Assembly: GCA_964035575.1 (NCBI GenBank)
Contig: OZ037840.1
Span: 434,001-498,000 of the forward strand
Direction: 5' to 3'
Source of the DNA: Rhynchopus sp. YZ270_cl-10
Lineage: Eukaryota
DNA: 64,000 bases
Part shown: positions 48,549 to 59,301 of the stretch, one piece after another
Position numbering within the stretch: position 1 is the stretch's first letter
Layout: every line of letters starts with the position of its first letter
Notes under the pieces: generated by a model
Seen by the model: the letters and a program-made list of their open reading frames with translations, nothing else
Databases searched by the model: none
Told to the model about the DNA's origin: nothing
Made by a program: the position numbers and the translations under genes

Positions 48549-49160
48549 AATAAATAGCTATTTTTCGGGATTTTTCAAAAATCGACTTGTCTTTGGTAAA
48601 AACCACGAAATTTCGGGTTCGCAAAACCACGTTTTAGACCCCCACAGATGCTCAAAAGTGCCAAATTTTGCTTTAAATGGCCTCAAATCGTCGAAATTAG
48701 CCCTATTTAGGGGCGAAAAAAAAAATTCGAGAGTCCCTTTCCCTGGGAGACAATAGCCAGAAATCTGAGAAAAAAAAAAAAAACTGGCCAGATTTCCAGA
48801 TCTGGCCAGATCTGGGGGGTTTTTTTTTTTTTGAAAAAAAAAAATTTCCCAGATTCCCAGATCTGGCCAGATCTGGCCAGATCTGGAAACAAGATCTCCA
48901 CATCTGGAAAACGAGCCAGATCTGGGAAATTGGCCCCCAAATCTGGCCAGATCTGGCAGCATCCGTGTTTTATCAGAGTTACTATTTTTTTTTTGAAGAA
49001 CTTTCAAAAACAAAAAATATTTTCAAACTCCCTCCAATTCAAATAGCAGAGAACCTTATACGATAGCCTACAACTTCACGTCCACAACACCACTAACAAA
49101 CAGAGCGCAAAGCATCTTTCAAAAAATAGCAAAAAACACATTTTCAAACCTCGAATTCAA

Positions 49161-50318
49161 ATGCCAGAACCCACGATGCAGCCTACAACACGAGGTGAAA
49201 TTTCTTCTGAGGTCCGACCAGACAACCCCTACAGCCGGCTTGTTGCGCTTGAAAGGATGGGCGTCGTAACGGACTATGAACGGATCCGCGACAAACGCGT
49301 TGCTGTGGTGGGTGTGGGCGGTGTGGGGTCTGTCGCTGCGGAGATGCTGACACGGTGTGGTGTGGGTGCCTTGGTTTTATTTGACTATGACAAGGTGGAG
49401 CTAGCTAATATGAACCGCCTATTCTACCAGCCTCACCAATGCGGGCTGAGCAAAGTCGCTGCCGCAGCGGCCACCATGCAGCACATCAACCCCGATGTTG
49501 CCTTCACCACTCACGACTACAATATCACCCTCCCCTCCAAATTCGAAGCCTTCAAAGCTTCTCTATCCGAATGCAATTTAATTCTCTGCTGTGTCGACAA
49601 CTTCGAAGCCCGCCTCGCTCTAAACCAAGCCTGTCTCGAATTAGGCAAAGTCTGGATGGAAAGTGGAGTCGCAGAAACCGCTGTATCAGGTCATATTCAA
49701 TTGATGATACCAGGGGCTTCGCCATGCTATGAGTGTACTCCTCCTTTGGTTGTCGCAACGGGGGCGGAGCCGGTCAAGCGGGAGGGGGTCTGTGCAGCGT
49801 CGTTGCCAACAACCATGGGGATCATTGCAGGGTTTCTTGCGCAAAATGCACTGAAGTTTTTGTTAGAGTTTGGGGAGGTGACGCGGTACCTAGGCTATGA
49901 TGCGCTGAATGACAGCTTTCCTGCAACTCTGCTTCGCGCAAACCCGGAATGCGCAAATCCCACCTGCCGTCTGCGGCAGCAGGAATTTACCGAAACCACA
50001 GCAACACCCCAAACCACAACAACACAACCCAAGAAACAACAGAACACCACGACAGAGGACCCTGAGGAGGATGAGTGGGGGTTCTCCGTGCTCGAAGGTG
50101 GCAATGACGCAGCCGATTCAGCGAACACAGCAGAAGAGAATCGCGTCGCTGCGCTTGGACTGCAATTTGCCTTCAAACGAGCAAACGAACTAAAACCTGA
50201 CCCACCAGCAGCGTCTCTCGAGGTAGAAGGTGGAAAGGGTGAAGAGGAGGAGAAGGAGGAGGAAGGATCTCGCGCAGTGGAGGATTTAATGGCACAGCTA
50301 AAGAGGGCTTCTTCATGA
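49161..50318 (+). CDS. UBA5: Ubiquitin-like modifier-activating enzyme 5 (UFM1 E1, ThiF family)
   Basis: [54 protein letters not shown], catalytic [10 protein letters not shown], zinc ligands CYEC and CxxxxC, LIR/UFIM-like EWGFSVL, and terminal VEDLMAQLK. Confidence 0.97.
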   Translation: MPEPTMQPTTRGEISSEVRPDNPYSRLVALERMGVVTDYERIRDKRVAVVGVGGVGSVAAEMLTRCGVGALVLFDYDKVELANMNRLFYQPHQCGLSKVAAAAATMQHINPDVAFTTHDYNITLPSKFEAFKASLSECNLILCCVDNFEARLALNQACLELGKVWMESGVAETAVSGHIQLMIPGASPCYECTPPLVVATGAEPVKREGVCAASLPTTMGIIAGFLAQNALKFLLEFGEVTRYLGYDALNDSFPATLLRANPECANPTCRLRQQEFTETTATPQTTTTQPKKQQNTTTEDPEEDEWGFSVLEGGNDAADSANTAEENRVAALGLQFAFKRANELKPDPPAASLEVEGGKGEEEEKEEEGSRAVEDLMAQLKRASS

Positions 50319-50427
50319 GTGTTTGAAATGAGGGGGTATTGTGGATGCAGTATACAAAGAAGAGTTTAGTGAAACTAACCCTGTGTGATGCAATGCAAAA
50401 AAAGGCCGTTCCCCCCCCAAAATCACA

Positions 50428-50485
50428 TTTTTACTCAAAACTATTTCTCTCCCCTTCTCCCCTTCTATCTATACCCCCCCTTTAG
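50428..50485 (+). promoter_or_regulatory. Polypyrimidine tract and AG, candidate trans-splice acceptor
   Basis: CTATTTCTCTCCCCTTCTCCCCTTCTATCTATACCCCCCCTTTAG lies 35 bp before the next ATG; a similar tract is at 33170-33232. Confidence 0.45.
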
Positions 50486-50519
50486 GCTGTATTGATATTG
50501 ACTAATTTTTTTTTTTTAA

Positions 50520-52952
50520 ATGGAGTTCCGGGAGTACAAAACCGGGTGTTCTGTTAATCTTACGGCGTTGATCGTACTTGCGACTGCGTTCTCCACTTTC
50601 GCCTCGATTGGAGGCGGCTTGGTGATGTACTTCGAATCGATCTCCGCGTTGGAGGACACCATCAGCGAGGTCTCGGACGCTGAGTGCAGTGTCCTCCGCA
50701 TAGAAATCCTTAAAAGCATTGAGGAGACGAAGGCCATTGTGTACAAGACCAAGGAGTTTTTGTACTCACCTATCATTGAGGCGCAGGGCCCGGTCATCCC
50801 GGACGCGACAGGGCTTCTCAACTTCACCAAGAAGGACACCTACGACTGGACCAGGTTGCTCCGCCGCTACTCCTTTGGAACCATCCGGAGGAGTAATTAC
50901 CTCTACTCTCTCGGGGTCATGCTGACACCACAGAACAATAACGACTCCTCAACGCTCTACAGCAATATCTGGTACGACCTAAAAGCTAGCGGCGAACGCG
51001 AATTTGTCTGGGGTCGCGCAGCGAAGTACTTCCCAGACGCTACAGATGACAAGGTTTTGGTGACCAGAGCTGATAAGATTGATGAGGTCCACGGTGAAGT
51101 CCAATCCTTTCTCTACAACTGGACCGCCATGAACTACTACAACAAGGCGCCTGAAACCGAGTCTTGGGGGCCTCCAGGCATTTCCGGCACTGCCTTCAAT
51201 GAGTGGCCTGAGGGCTACGCACCGAAAGGGTGGTCCAAAGGTCAGCTAGGTGGAGCCATGGAACGTTGGCGCGAACCGCGTCCATGGTACGCCTCCGATG
51301 ACAACCCATATGTCTACAATGCCTATGACGTGGTGTTCCCACCACCCCCACCACCACACCCTTGGTCGGTCTACAAATACGTCTGGATAAACGGATACTT
51401 CATCTTCACCTCCTGGGAGGAAGCTGTCGCAGAGTACGGCAGAACCCACACCGACACAGAAGTTTATGTAGTGGATTCCAGCACCAATTTTGTATACGCA
51501 ACCTCCGACAACCGCTCAATGATTGACAAATCCTGTTTCTCCGGTGAACGTGGCGTTCGGCCGCACATCAAAGAATGCATTGTAAAAATCTCACATATGT
51601 CAAACCGCGTCCAGGAGGCCTGGTCCAGCATGATCGGACAAAACAATGGGTTTAAAGTAACGGACCTCGATGGGGAGAAATATTTTGTTCGCAAAACGGA
51701 GTTATTCGGGTTTATTCCGAGTGGTGGGTACAACCCTGACAAGCCTGATCCCCTGGACGCAACAATTCTGTGGATCCGCCCCTTCTCCTCTGTGGAAGAC
51801 CAGGTCCGCAAAGCGCTGTATCTTCTCGTTGTTTTTTCTATCGCTGTTCTCGTAGTTGATACAATCCTCGCAATCATTGAGCTTCTGTTGGTAGGTCTTC
51901 CTTTAGGCAAGCTTGCAGACGCAATGCAATCCTTAGAGGTAATGGACCTGGAGGAAACCTTGGCGATAACGCAGACCGCATGCAACAAATATATGGCGGT
52001 TTCTCAGGTTAAGAGGGTGATAAATGGAATGATTTTTGCGATGTTTAGCTTGGACCAATATAAGACGTTTTTGCCTTCAAATTTATTTAATGATGAAACA
52101 GAGGATAATGTTGAATCTGTCGAAGAATCGGTACGCACCAAATCTACGAAGAACACTGTGAGTCAATCCTCGGAAAGCACCACAAAATGTCGAGCAAGCG
52201 AACGGAAGTTGCCGGCAGCAACTAAATTGCAGACTACAGCACAGAGGGGCGCGCTGATGGCGATTCGTGTGATCGATAGGCAAGCAGACTCTACAGTGTT
52301 TACTGGAATCATCGACTTCATCCAAAGCGTCTGCTATCAATCCAAAGCCACCATTCACAGCATCCAAACCGTGAACCACACCCTCCTCTATCTCTCCTGG
52401 GGGCTCGCATCCCGAGGCATCTGGGCCTCCCGGAGTGCCTGCGATGTTGCAATCAAACTGAAAAACGCTCCAACCCCTATGACCTCCGCCATCGTTCACG
52501 GCACCTTCCGGGTTGGAAACGTAGGAAACGACAGCCTCCGTGGTGTCGCAGTGTACGGGACCGAAACCCTTGCGCTACTCCGTTTCGAAGCCTTCTCCGC
52601 ACATTGCATGACGGAGTTAGGCAATAACGCGCCGGTTACTATCATTGGACAGAGCCTCGCGCACTCTCTTCTCGGATACTTCTGGGCCACCACATTGTAC
52701 CGCGAAAACTCTCACAGCCCGGACCGTATGTTTGAACTAAGCAAAGCGCTCTCTCAGTCTCCCGAAGAATGGATGTATACGCTAGAGAAGAACCAGGACC
52801 AAATGGTCGACGTTGTGATGGAAGCTATTGAGAAGTCGGAAGGGCTTGCAGGAGTTGACAGAACGAAGTTTACTGCGTTGCAAGCGGTTTTGTTCAAAGA
52901 TGGAAATTGTTTGACGACAGCTTGGGATTACGGAGGACGTTTGGTGTGTTGA
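50520..52952 (+). CDS. Receptor-type membrane protein: TM, extracellular sensor, TM, HAMP-like linker, degenerate class III adenylate/guanylate cyclase domain
   Basis: Two hydrophobic segments; PLGKLADAMQSL...YKTFLP linker; SAIVHGTFRVGNVGNDSLRGVAVYG cyclase-like motif; terminal EEWMY motif. Confidence 0.85.
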   Translation: MEFREYKTGCSVNLTALIVLATAFSTFASIGGGLVMYFESISALEDTISEVSDAECSVLRIEILKSIEETKAIVYKTKEFLYSPIIEAQGPVIPDATGLLNFTKKDTYDWTRLLRRYSFGTIRRSNYLYSLGVMLTPQNNNDSSTLYSNIWYDLKASGEREFVWGRAAKYFPDATDDKVLVTRADKIDEVHGEVQSFLYNWTAMNYYNKAPETESWGPPGISGTAFNEWPEGYAPKGWSKGQLGGAMERWREPRPWYASDDNPYVYNAYDVVFPPPPPPHPWSVYKYVWINGYFIFTSWEEAVAEYGRTHTDTEVYVVDSSTNFVYATSDNRSMIDKSCFSGERGVRPHIKECIVKISHMSNRVQEAWSSMIGQNNGFKVTDLDGEKYFVRKTELFGFIPSGGYNPDKPDPLDATILWIRPFSSVEDQVRKALYLLVVFSIAVLVVDTILAIIELLLVGLPLGKLADAMQSLEVMDLEETLAITQTACNKYMAVSQVKRVINGMIFAMFSLDQYKTFLPSNLFNDETEDNVESVEESVRTKSTKNTVSQSSESTTKCRASERKLPAATKLQTTAQRGALMAIRVIDRQADSTVFTGIIDFIQSVCYQSKATIHSIQTVNHTLLYLSWGLASRGIWASRSACDVAIKLKNAPTPMTSAIVHGTFRVGNVGNDSLRGVAVYGTETLALLRFEAFSAHCMTELGNNAPVTIIGQSLAHSLLGYFWATTLYRENSHSPDRMFELSKALSQSPEEWMYTLEKNQDQMVDVVMEAIEKSEGLAGVDRTKFTALQAVLFKDGNCLTTAWDYGGRLVC

Positions 52953-53498
52953 AAAAAATATGTGAAGGTAGAAGAAAAAGTGTTATGGTACCTCTTTAAA
53001 AAAAAGGGGGAAAAATAAAGTGGATCTTGCAGCGCAGGTGGTAACATATACTGTTCCAACAATTTGTCAAAAAAAAGGAAAGAAAAATAAAGAAAGAAAA
53101 ACGCTTCGTTTCTGATTGATTTTTTGTTGTGTTTCTTTGCATTTGGAGTTAAAAACTCCATCTCGTTCGACTGAAAAATGTTATTTTAATCATTTTTTTT
53201 TTATTTGCAACATAATGTTCGATCATCCCTTCAAAACAAAAGAGAAAAAAATCATTTTACTTCATCAAAATTAATGGGGCAACAGTATCAGAGTGTACCA
53301 TTTGGTAATCAATATTATTTCAATGATTATATAGGTGAGTGACACCTCCCCCCCTTTTTTTTGCCAGTTGTGTTTGTGTTTGTGTGCACGTTTAGGAAGG
53401 CAGTTTCCTCTTTCAGCCCCGCCGAATCCATTTTTCTTGGAGTTTCCAGGACCGTACATGCCCCATTCTCTAAAAAGGAATGGAAAAAAAAAAGTTGT

Positions 53499-53530
<32 letters not shown>

Positions 53531-55134
53531 AAAAAGCTGACGACTGCGACGTCGGTCTCATGGAGTTACTCTGGAATCACATAGACGTGTGTAGTATAGT
53601 GGAGCTCATCCTCGGGTGTCTACACTCATACAGCTAAAATTTCAAAAGGTAAAAAAGAAAGAAATAATAAAAAAATGTCAACCAAACATTTATGTATTCC
53701 AGAATTGCGTTCCGATTACCACAGATGGTTGCTATGTTGTGAGGTTTTCAGATTCTGGTCGCAAAGAAAAACAAATATATCTGACTCCAGATATCCCCTC
53801 CTTTTTTTGATACCTTCTTCAGTTGCGAAGGGGGCATTTTTATTTTATTTTGTTTTTGTGAAAACTTGGTTGTATTTTTTTGTATTTTGGAGCTTCTCTT
53901 TATTAATTAGCTTTTGACGATTTTTTGCTTATCTTTTCAGTAGCAGTAGCCTCCGGGGGCGACACCGAGAGGACACAGACCCTATCTCCGATAGGTGATT
54001 GTCTGGCACTACAATAAGCCCCCTTGGCTGCAAATGCGATGCTCTCTCCTACACAGGTTATGTGTTTTTTGTTTTATTTTTTTACCCTTTCCGGACGGGC
54101 AGTTTTTTTTATATTTTTATATGTACAGTTGGACGCCTCCAGCCCTGTCTACTCGTACCCCGTTAGCCCATTTGTCAGTGTAGGGGGTGGTTCCCCTGTT
54201 CCAGCTTTCAGTGGGTGGTCCCTTACAATGTGTGTTGTTTGCAATCAGTTATGGGCAATTCCTACGGGGGATATTGCTCATAATAGAGTTGGGTGTGTGT
54301 ATGTTTTTTTCCATGCGAAAAAATCTCAATTTCAGTTTTCTTTCCAAAAAAAAAAAAACTAAAAAAAAGCACCTGAGCCGGACGCCAGTCCGAGCTGGCC
54401 GACCACTGCCCATCTTCTTCCGAGGATGTTAGTTCCCCCCATGTAAAGCTGATATGCGCAGCGAATCTAACGGCCCCAGGTCTGAAACCTTCTCCTGAAT
54501 GTGACACTGTACAGTGTCTGTATGGCAGCAATACTAATCCAACAACTTACCAAAACAAAAAAAGAAGTGGAAAAAAGTTCTTACAAAAGAGTTTCTTCCC
54601 CTTCTTCTTTTTCCATGGCGGAGTATCTTTCCAAAAGTATTCTTTTTCTTTTTGTGCTTTCATCCGGATGGGCTGGCATCGTACAGTGAGTCAGTCAGAG
54701 GTGCCTGCATCAATAACTACAGTTTTTTCTTGGAGTTTTTTGATGTCTTTCCCCCCCGAATTTAAGGAAAAAATAAGAGATCTTCCGCAAGCTATGTTCT
54801 TCTTTCTTTCTTCTTAATCATTACCGTATTTACCCCAACGTTATTTCTTCCTCTTCCTCTCTTTTTTCCTTTTCTTTCCTCAAAAGAGAGGTGCAGTGCA
54901 TATTTCATCTTTTTACTGGGACCTCGACCCTCCCGCTCAGTAGGCAAAGACCGGAGACATAATTTAGAGTACAAGTAGACTGCAAACTTGGTGTGATTCA
55001 GGGGGTACGGACAACCCACGGAAGAACCACGGGGGAACCACGGAGAACTGTTTCGGGCTATATTAAGATTTGCGGAGCACCTTCGGGGGAACCACGGGGG
55101 AACGACGGAGAATCCGTTTGGGTGATCACACCAA

Positions 55135-56240
55135 AACAGGCTTCGCGCTAACTTTTGGAAAAAAATCTGAAAAATCGTGGTTCGGGCCCAAAAAAACGCA
55201 CCTCGAATAGGGTTACGTCTGGGGGTGAAAAAACAGTGTTTCGTGGCATTTCCGAGCCAATCCCGCGCTGTGGTGGGGCATATTCGGAAAAATGGACAAA
55301 ATTTTAGTGACTTAAATTTTCACAAAATATGAACCCATGCTCCTAAACAAGGGGCATTTTCAGTCTGAAAACCCAAATCCAGACGACATTGTGGTGTTTT
55401 TGACTGTCTGTTGGCAACAGGTAGCGCCGCAGGCGCACGGTACCTAACTTTTTTCTTTTTTCTTTTCCCTTTTCTCTGCTTTCCTTTGATTGCGCGAGCC
55501 GATTGCTCTCCATGGTGGGGTCACATGTGTGTGCAAAAACACTCTAAAGTACCCTTACTATGAACTGTGAGATTCCTCTGGTTTTAGTAAGGAAACCCCG
55601 GTCTCAAAAAGTGCGTAAATTTCCTTTTTTCCCGCCCAAGAGGTCGTTTTGTTGCATTTCCGAACCAATCCCGGCTTGTGGTGGGGGATATACGGAAAAA
55701 TGAACAAAATTTTAGTGACTTAAATTTTCACAAAATATGAACCCATAACGTAAACAAGGGTCGTTTTCAGTCTGAAAACCCCAATGTACTGAAGAAGCTA
55801 TGGGGGTTCTGTGACCACAGAGAAGAGTGAGAACAATAACCAGGACGGTTATGGCTTCGGAGGGGGTGCCGCCCTCACGCAGCAAGGGTGGAGACGGTTC
55901 AGCAGCGCATTGTCGTACTCAAAAGAAAATGAACACTGTACATAAGTACATCATGTTTTAAAATAAAGTAGGGTAGGGAACAGGTAGCGCCGCAGGCGCA
56001 CGGTACCCAACTTTTTTCTTTTTTTCTTTCCCTTTTCTCTGCTTTCTTTTGATTGCGCGAGCCGATTGCTCTCCACGGTGGGGTCACATGTGTGTGCAAA
56101 AACACTCTAAAGTACCCTTACTATGAAATATGAGATTCTCTGGTTTTCTTAAGGAAACCCCGGTTTGCAAAAAAAAAAACGCACCACAAAAATATCCAAA
56201 AATCCCGGGCCAAGGGCCAAAAATTAGCGCAAAGCCTGCA
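55135..56240 (+). repeat. ~1-kb dispersed repeat, left arm of an inverted pair
   Basis: Reverse-complement similarity to 59302-60324 over ~950 bp; internal duplication around two GCGCCGCAGGCGCACGGTACC cores. Confidence 0.88.
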
Positions 56241-56295
56241 CCAAAACTTCCTCCTTTTTTTTTTTTTGTTTCATTAGAAAAAGAATGTATATGAA

Positions 56296-56792
56296 TGGTG
56301 CTTCCCGGGGGGTATGCATTTCACAAATTTTCAATTCAATTCACAACTTTTCACAACTTTTCACAACTTTTCACCACCCTTTTTTTCTTTGTTGGTGAAG
56401 CTTTTAAATGCCGGCATTTGCATTTCCGGAATCCGTCCGGCCAGTGGTGGGGTCAATTTGCCGAAATGGACAAGTTCTCGTCATTTCCGCACAGTACACA
56501 GTACACAGGTACACAGGTACACCACATCACGTTCTATCTTGTGAATCCCAAAATACCCCTCAATGGGTGGGCCACCACCCAACCCAAAAAAAACCCCCCC
56601 AAAAAAATAAAATCAATTCACAACTTTTCACAACTTTTCACAACTTTTCGCACTTTTCACAACTTTTCACAATTTTTCACCATTTTTCACCAGCCTTCAC
56701 AATTTTATAGCGGTTTTCGTGTTGTGAAAACTTGTGAAAACTTGTCACATTTTGTGAAAATTTGTGAAATGCATACCCCCCGGGAAGCACCA
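56296..56792. mobile_element. 497-bp MITE with TG...CA ends and 5-bp TSD
   Basis: 38-bp perfect TIR TGGTGCTTCCCGGGGGGTATGCATTTCACAAATTTTCA; TSD ATGAA (56291-95, 56793-97); subterminal TTCACAACTT 10-mers. Confidence 0.92.
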
Positions 56793-58240
56793 ATGAAACA
56801 ATTTTTGTACCCGGCTGTACCATCCATCTGATTTGCCCCGCGTATAGGGAGCCTGTACGGACCTATACGGTCCTATACGCGGGGTAAAAATCAGGTGGAC
56901 CCTACTTTTTATTTGCAAAAACCGACTCTTTGCAGTATTCGGCAATAAAGCACTCAAATCAATACCCAATCTATAGATTGCAGTTGGCTGTTTTTCGAAC
57001 TATATTTAAAGATGTGTGTGCACGAGGGAAGAGACACATCCATCTTACGGGGTTTCCTTCGTTTTATGCCTGCATACACAGAGACGTTTGTACATCTTTT
57101 TCTTCTTCTTTTTTCTTTTGAAGATGCCTCAGCCCAAGAAGCGTAGGTTCAGCTTACCCATTTATTTTGTTCTCTTTTCGTTACGATTTCTTTCCCTTTC
57201 AGGGTTTTATTTGCTCTCTTTTGTGGGTTCTGTGAATAAATATCATGGCTGCTATCCGGTGATGGTACCATCTGATTTTTTTGGATCGGTAGCAACCTCT
57301 GTCAAACACCGCCAAAATCGGGTCAAATTCAGGTGATAGTTCACCTGGTTTTGACCCTGAGTTTGGGGGTGTTAGGTGTGTGTTTGGAGGCCGGTAAACA
57401 CTGTCAAAGTCGGGTCAAAATCAGGGTGATAGTAGTCGAAAATCAAAACAAATTTTTTTTTCACACAAAAGTGGAGTGCATCCTCGGGTGTCTACACTAA
57501 TACAACCAAGTTTTCAAAAAAAAATATCATACTCACACTCTCCTTCCCTTTACAGAAAAGGGAGTTTTTGGTACTGTGCCTTCTATGATTTTTCTTTCTT
57601 TCTGTCAATAGAAAGTGTCCGACTTTATCTTTTGTTTTTAGTGCCTGCGTCCGCCGAGGAAGAGGCGTTTGCACTTTCAACTTCTCTTTTGTTTTCTTCT
57701 TTTCTTGTTTTATCGCGTTATTGTGGTAAAAAGTGAACGGCCTTCCCCCCTTTTTTTCTCTTTTTTTCTTCTTCTCTTGAATACTTTTATTCTTTCTTTT
57801 AATGTTGGAGCAGATGTAGCTGCCCTATCGGTACAACCTTCGCTGTTCCCTACATTGATCTCAGAACTTTTTACTAGGGGGGGTGCCCTAAACGCGGAAG
57901 GCTTTAGTTCATGAAACCCAATTCCTCTTTGCTTAAAATTTCGGATTCTGTGGAGGAAAAATTATACCCAGGGGAGGTGACGGCAGCGTGCAGACTGTTT
58001 GCGGCGGTGGCTGACCTTTTTGAGTGTTTCTTTGCTTTATTTTTTTAAATCATATCCTGAAGTATACAGTACCCGATTTGCATGTAACACCACCATGTAG
58101 TTCTACTTCAAAAAAAAAAGAGAAGACGACGCTGATGGACAAAAACTCCATTTTTTTGACTGAAAAAATATTTATCTTAATCATTACTTCACTGTAATAC
58201 CTTGTAGAGTATTTATACCCAAGGTTGTTGCCGTGTTTAA

Positions 58241-58307
58241 AAACGGACTATGACTCTCTTAAGGTAGCCAAATGCCCCGTCTTCTAATTAAAGACGCGCA
58301 TGAATGG
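58241..58307 (+). pseudogene. LSU (28S-type) rRNA fragment, H69-H71 region
   Basis: ACTATGACTCTCTTAAGGTAGCCAAATGCCCCGTCTTCTAATTAAAGACGCGCATGAATGG matches a universally conserved LSU segment. Confidence 0.92.
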
Positions 58308-58534
58308 GCGTGTGTGTGAATCTTTTGTGAAACGCCAAGGTAGCAACCCCCCCTCGCCACCTCAAAGAAAGAACAGAGTTTCTTCATATACCACCAGACA
58401 TTATCCGACCTTCCTCCCCTCTCAACATTATCGCCTTATATTTCCCCCGTCCTCCCCCAATCCCCGACCCTTGCCTTTACAAGTTACAATACTCGTTCGT
58501 GATTTTTTTTCTTTTTTTTTTCCCCCTTTTCCGT

Positions 58535-58595
58535 GGGTACAGCCAGTACACCTTTCACCTTTCCCTTTTTAGGGAAAGGTGTACTGGCTGTACCC
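58535..58595. repeat. Perfect 22-bp-arm hairpin
   Basis: GGGTACAGCCAGTACACCTTTC ... GAAAGGTGTACTGGCTGTACCC. Confidence 0.9.
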
Positions 58596-59301
58596 TATTT
58601 GTTCAGTTGCAAAAAAACAAAAAAAAAAAAAAATAAAGATAAAAAAAGAGGAGACGACGCTGGTGGACATACTCCATCTTTCGATTGAAAAGAATATCTT
58701 AATCACTTTTCGTTTCTATCTCATACTGCTGTCTTGTGATAGTAGAGATAAGGGAAAACAAACTTTCGGTCTGCGTGCGCGTCCTGCGTGCCTGGGTTTT
58801 TTTGAGATTTTCAAAAAAAAAGTTTTTTGTACTCAGGTAGCTACGTAGCCTTCAGGGAGGCAATCGTGTGCTAATACAGAAAGTATCAGTCAAGGCTGTC
58901 CTTACAGACGCATGCCAAAGCGGCCGCCACATGGGTGTGGACTTTAGATTGAAGTTTCATCATTGTACTAGCCCAGGGAGGGTTCCCGGCTACCGGCGAG
59001 GTCTCTTCCAATCCGTTCCCTAGTTTCCTAGGGGGGCCTCCTTGGCTTCACTGGCTAGGGCTCTGCAGGTCCCTCCACACATGTTGTGTGCCTGCCTTCA
59101 GCACCCAGGGTAGCATACCCAGCACCTTTTACCCTCAGGTCAGACCTTCATAGAGTTTCAGGAGGAGTGCCACAAAAGGGCCCCCGGATGCAATTTAACG
59201 TCCAGCCCAGGACGTGGTAGTTTTTTTCAAAAAAAAGTTTTTTCTGTGGAAAGGCGAATACCGACCCCCCTGCTACCCCCGTCTCCCCCAAAAAAATTTT
59301 C

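Larger units (their letters stand above)
44549..48967. mobile_element. 4.4-kb TIR DNA transposon derivative with CAC...GTG termini and 6-bp TSD
   Basis: TIR CACGGATGCTGCCAGATCTGGCCAGAT at both ends, subterminal CCAGATCTGG arrays, distinct left and right end types, TSD TTTTAT (44543-48 and 48968-73). No intact transposase seen. Confidence 0.85.

Noticed and set aside
39844..58307. Functional rRNA locus
   Set aside because: Two fragments of about 65-110 bp, 18 kb apart on opposite strands, with substitutions and deletions.
58960..59075. Ingi/L1Tc 79-bp signature or HDV-like ribozyme
   Set aside because: Only short motif resemblance on the minus strand; the nested pseudoknot could not be built.
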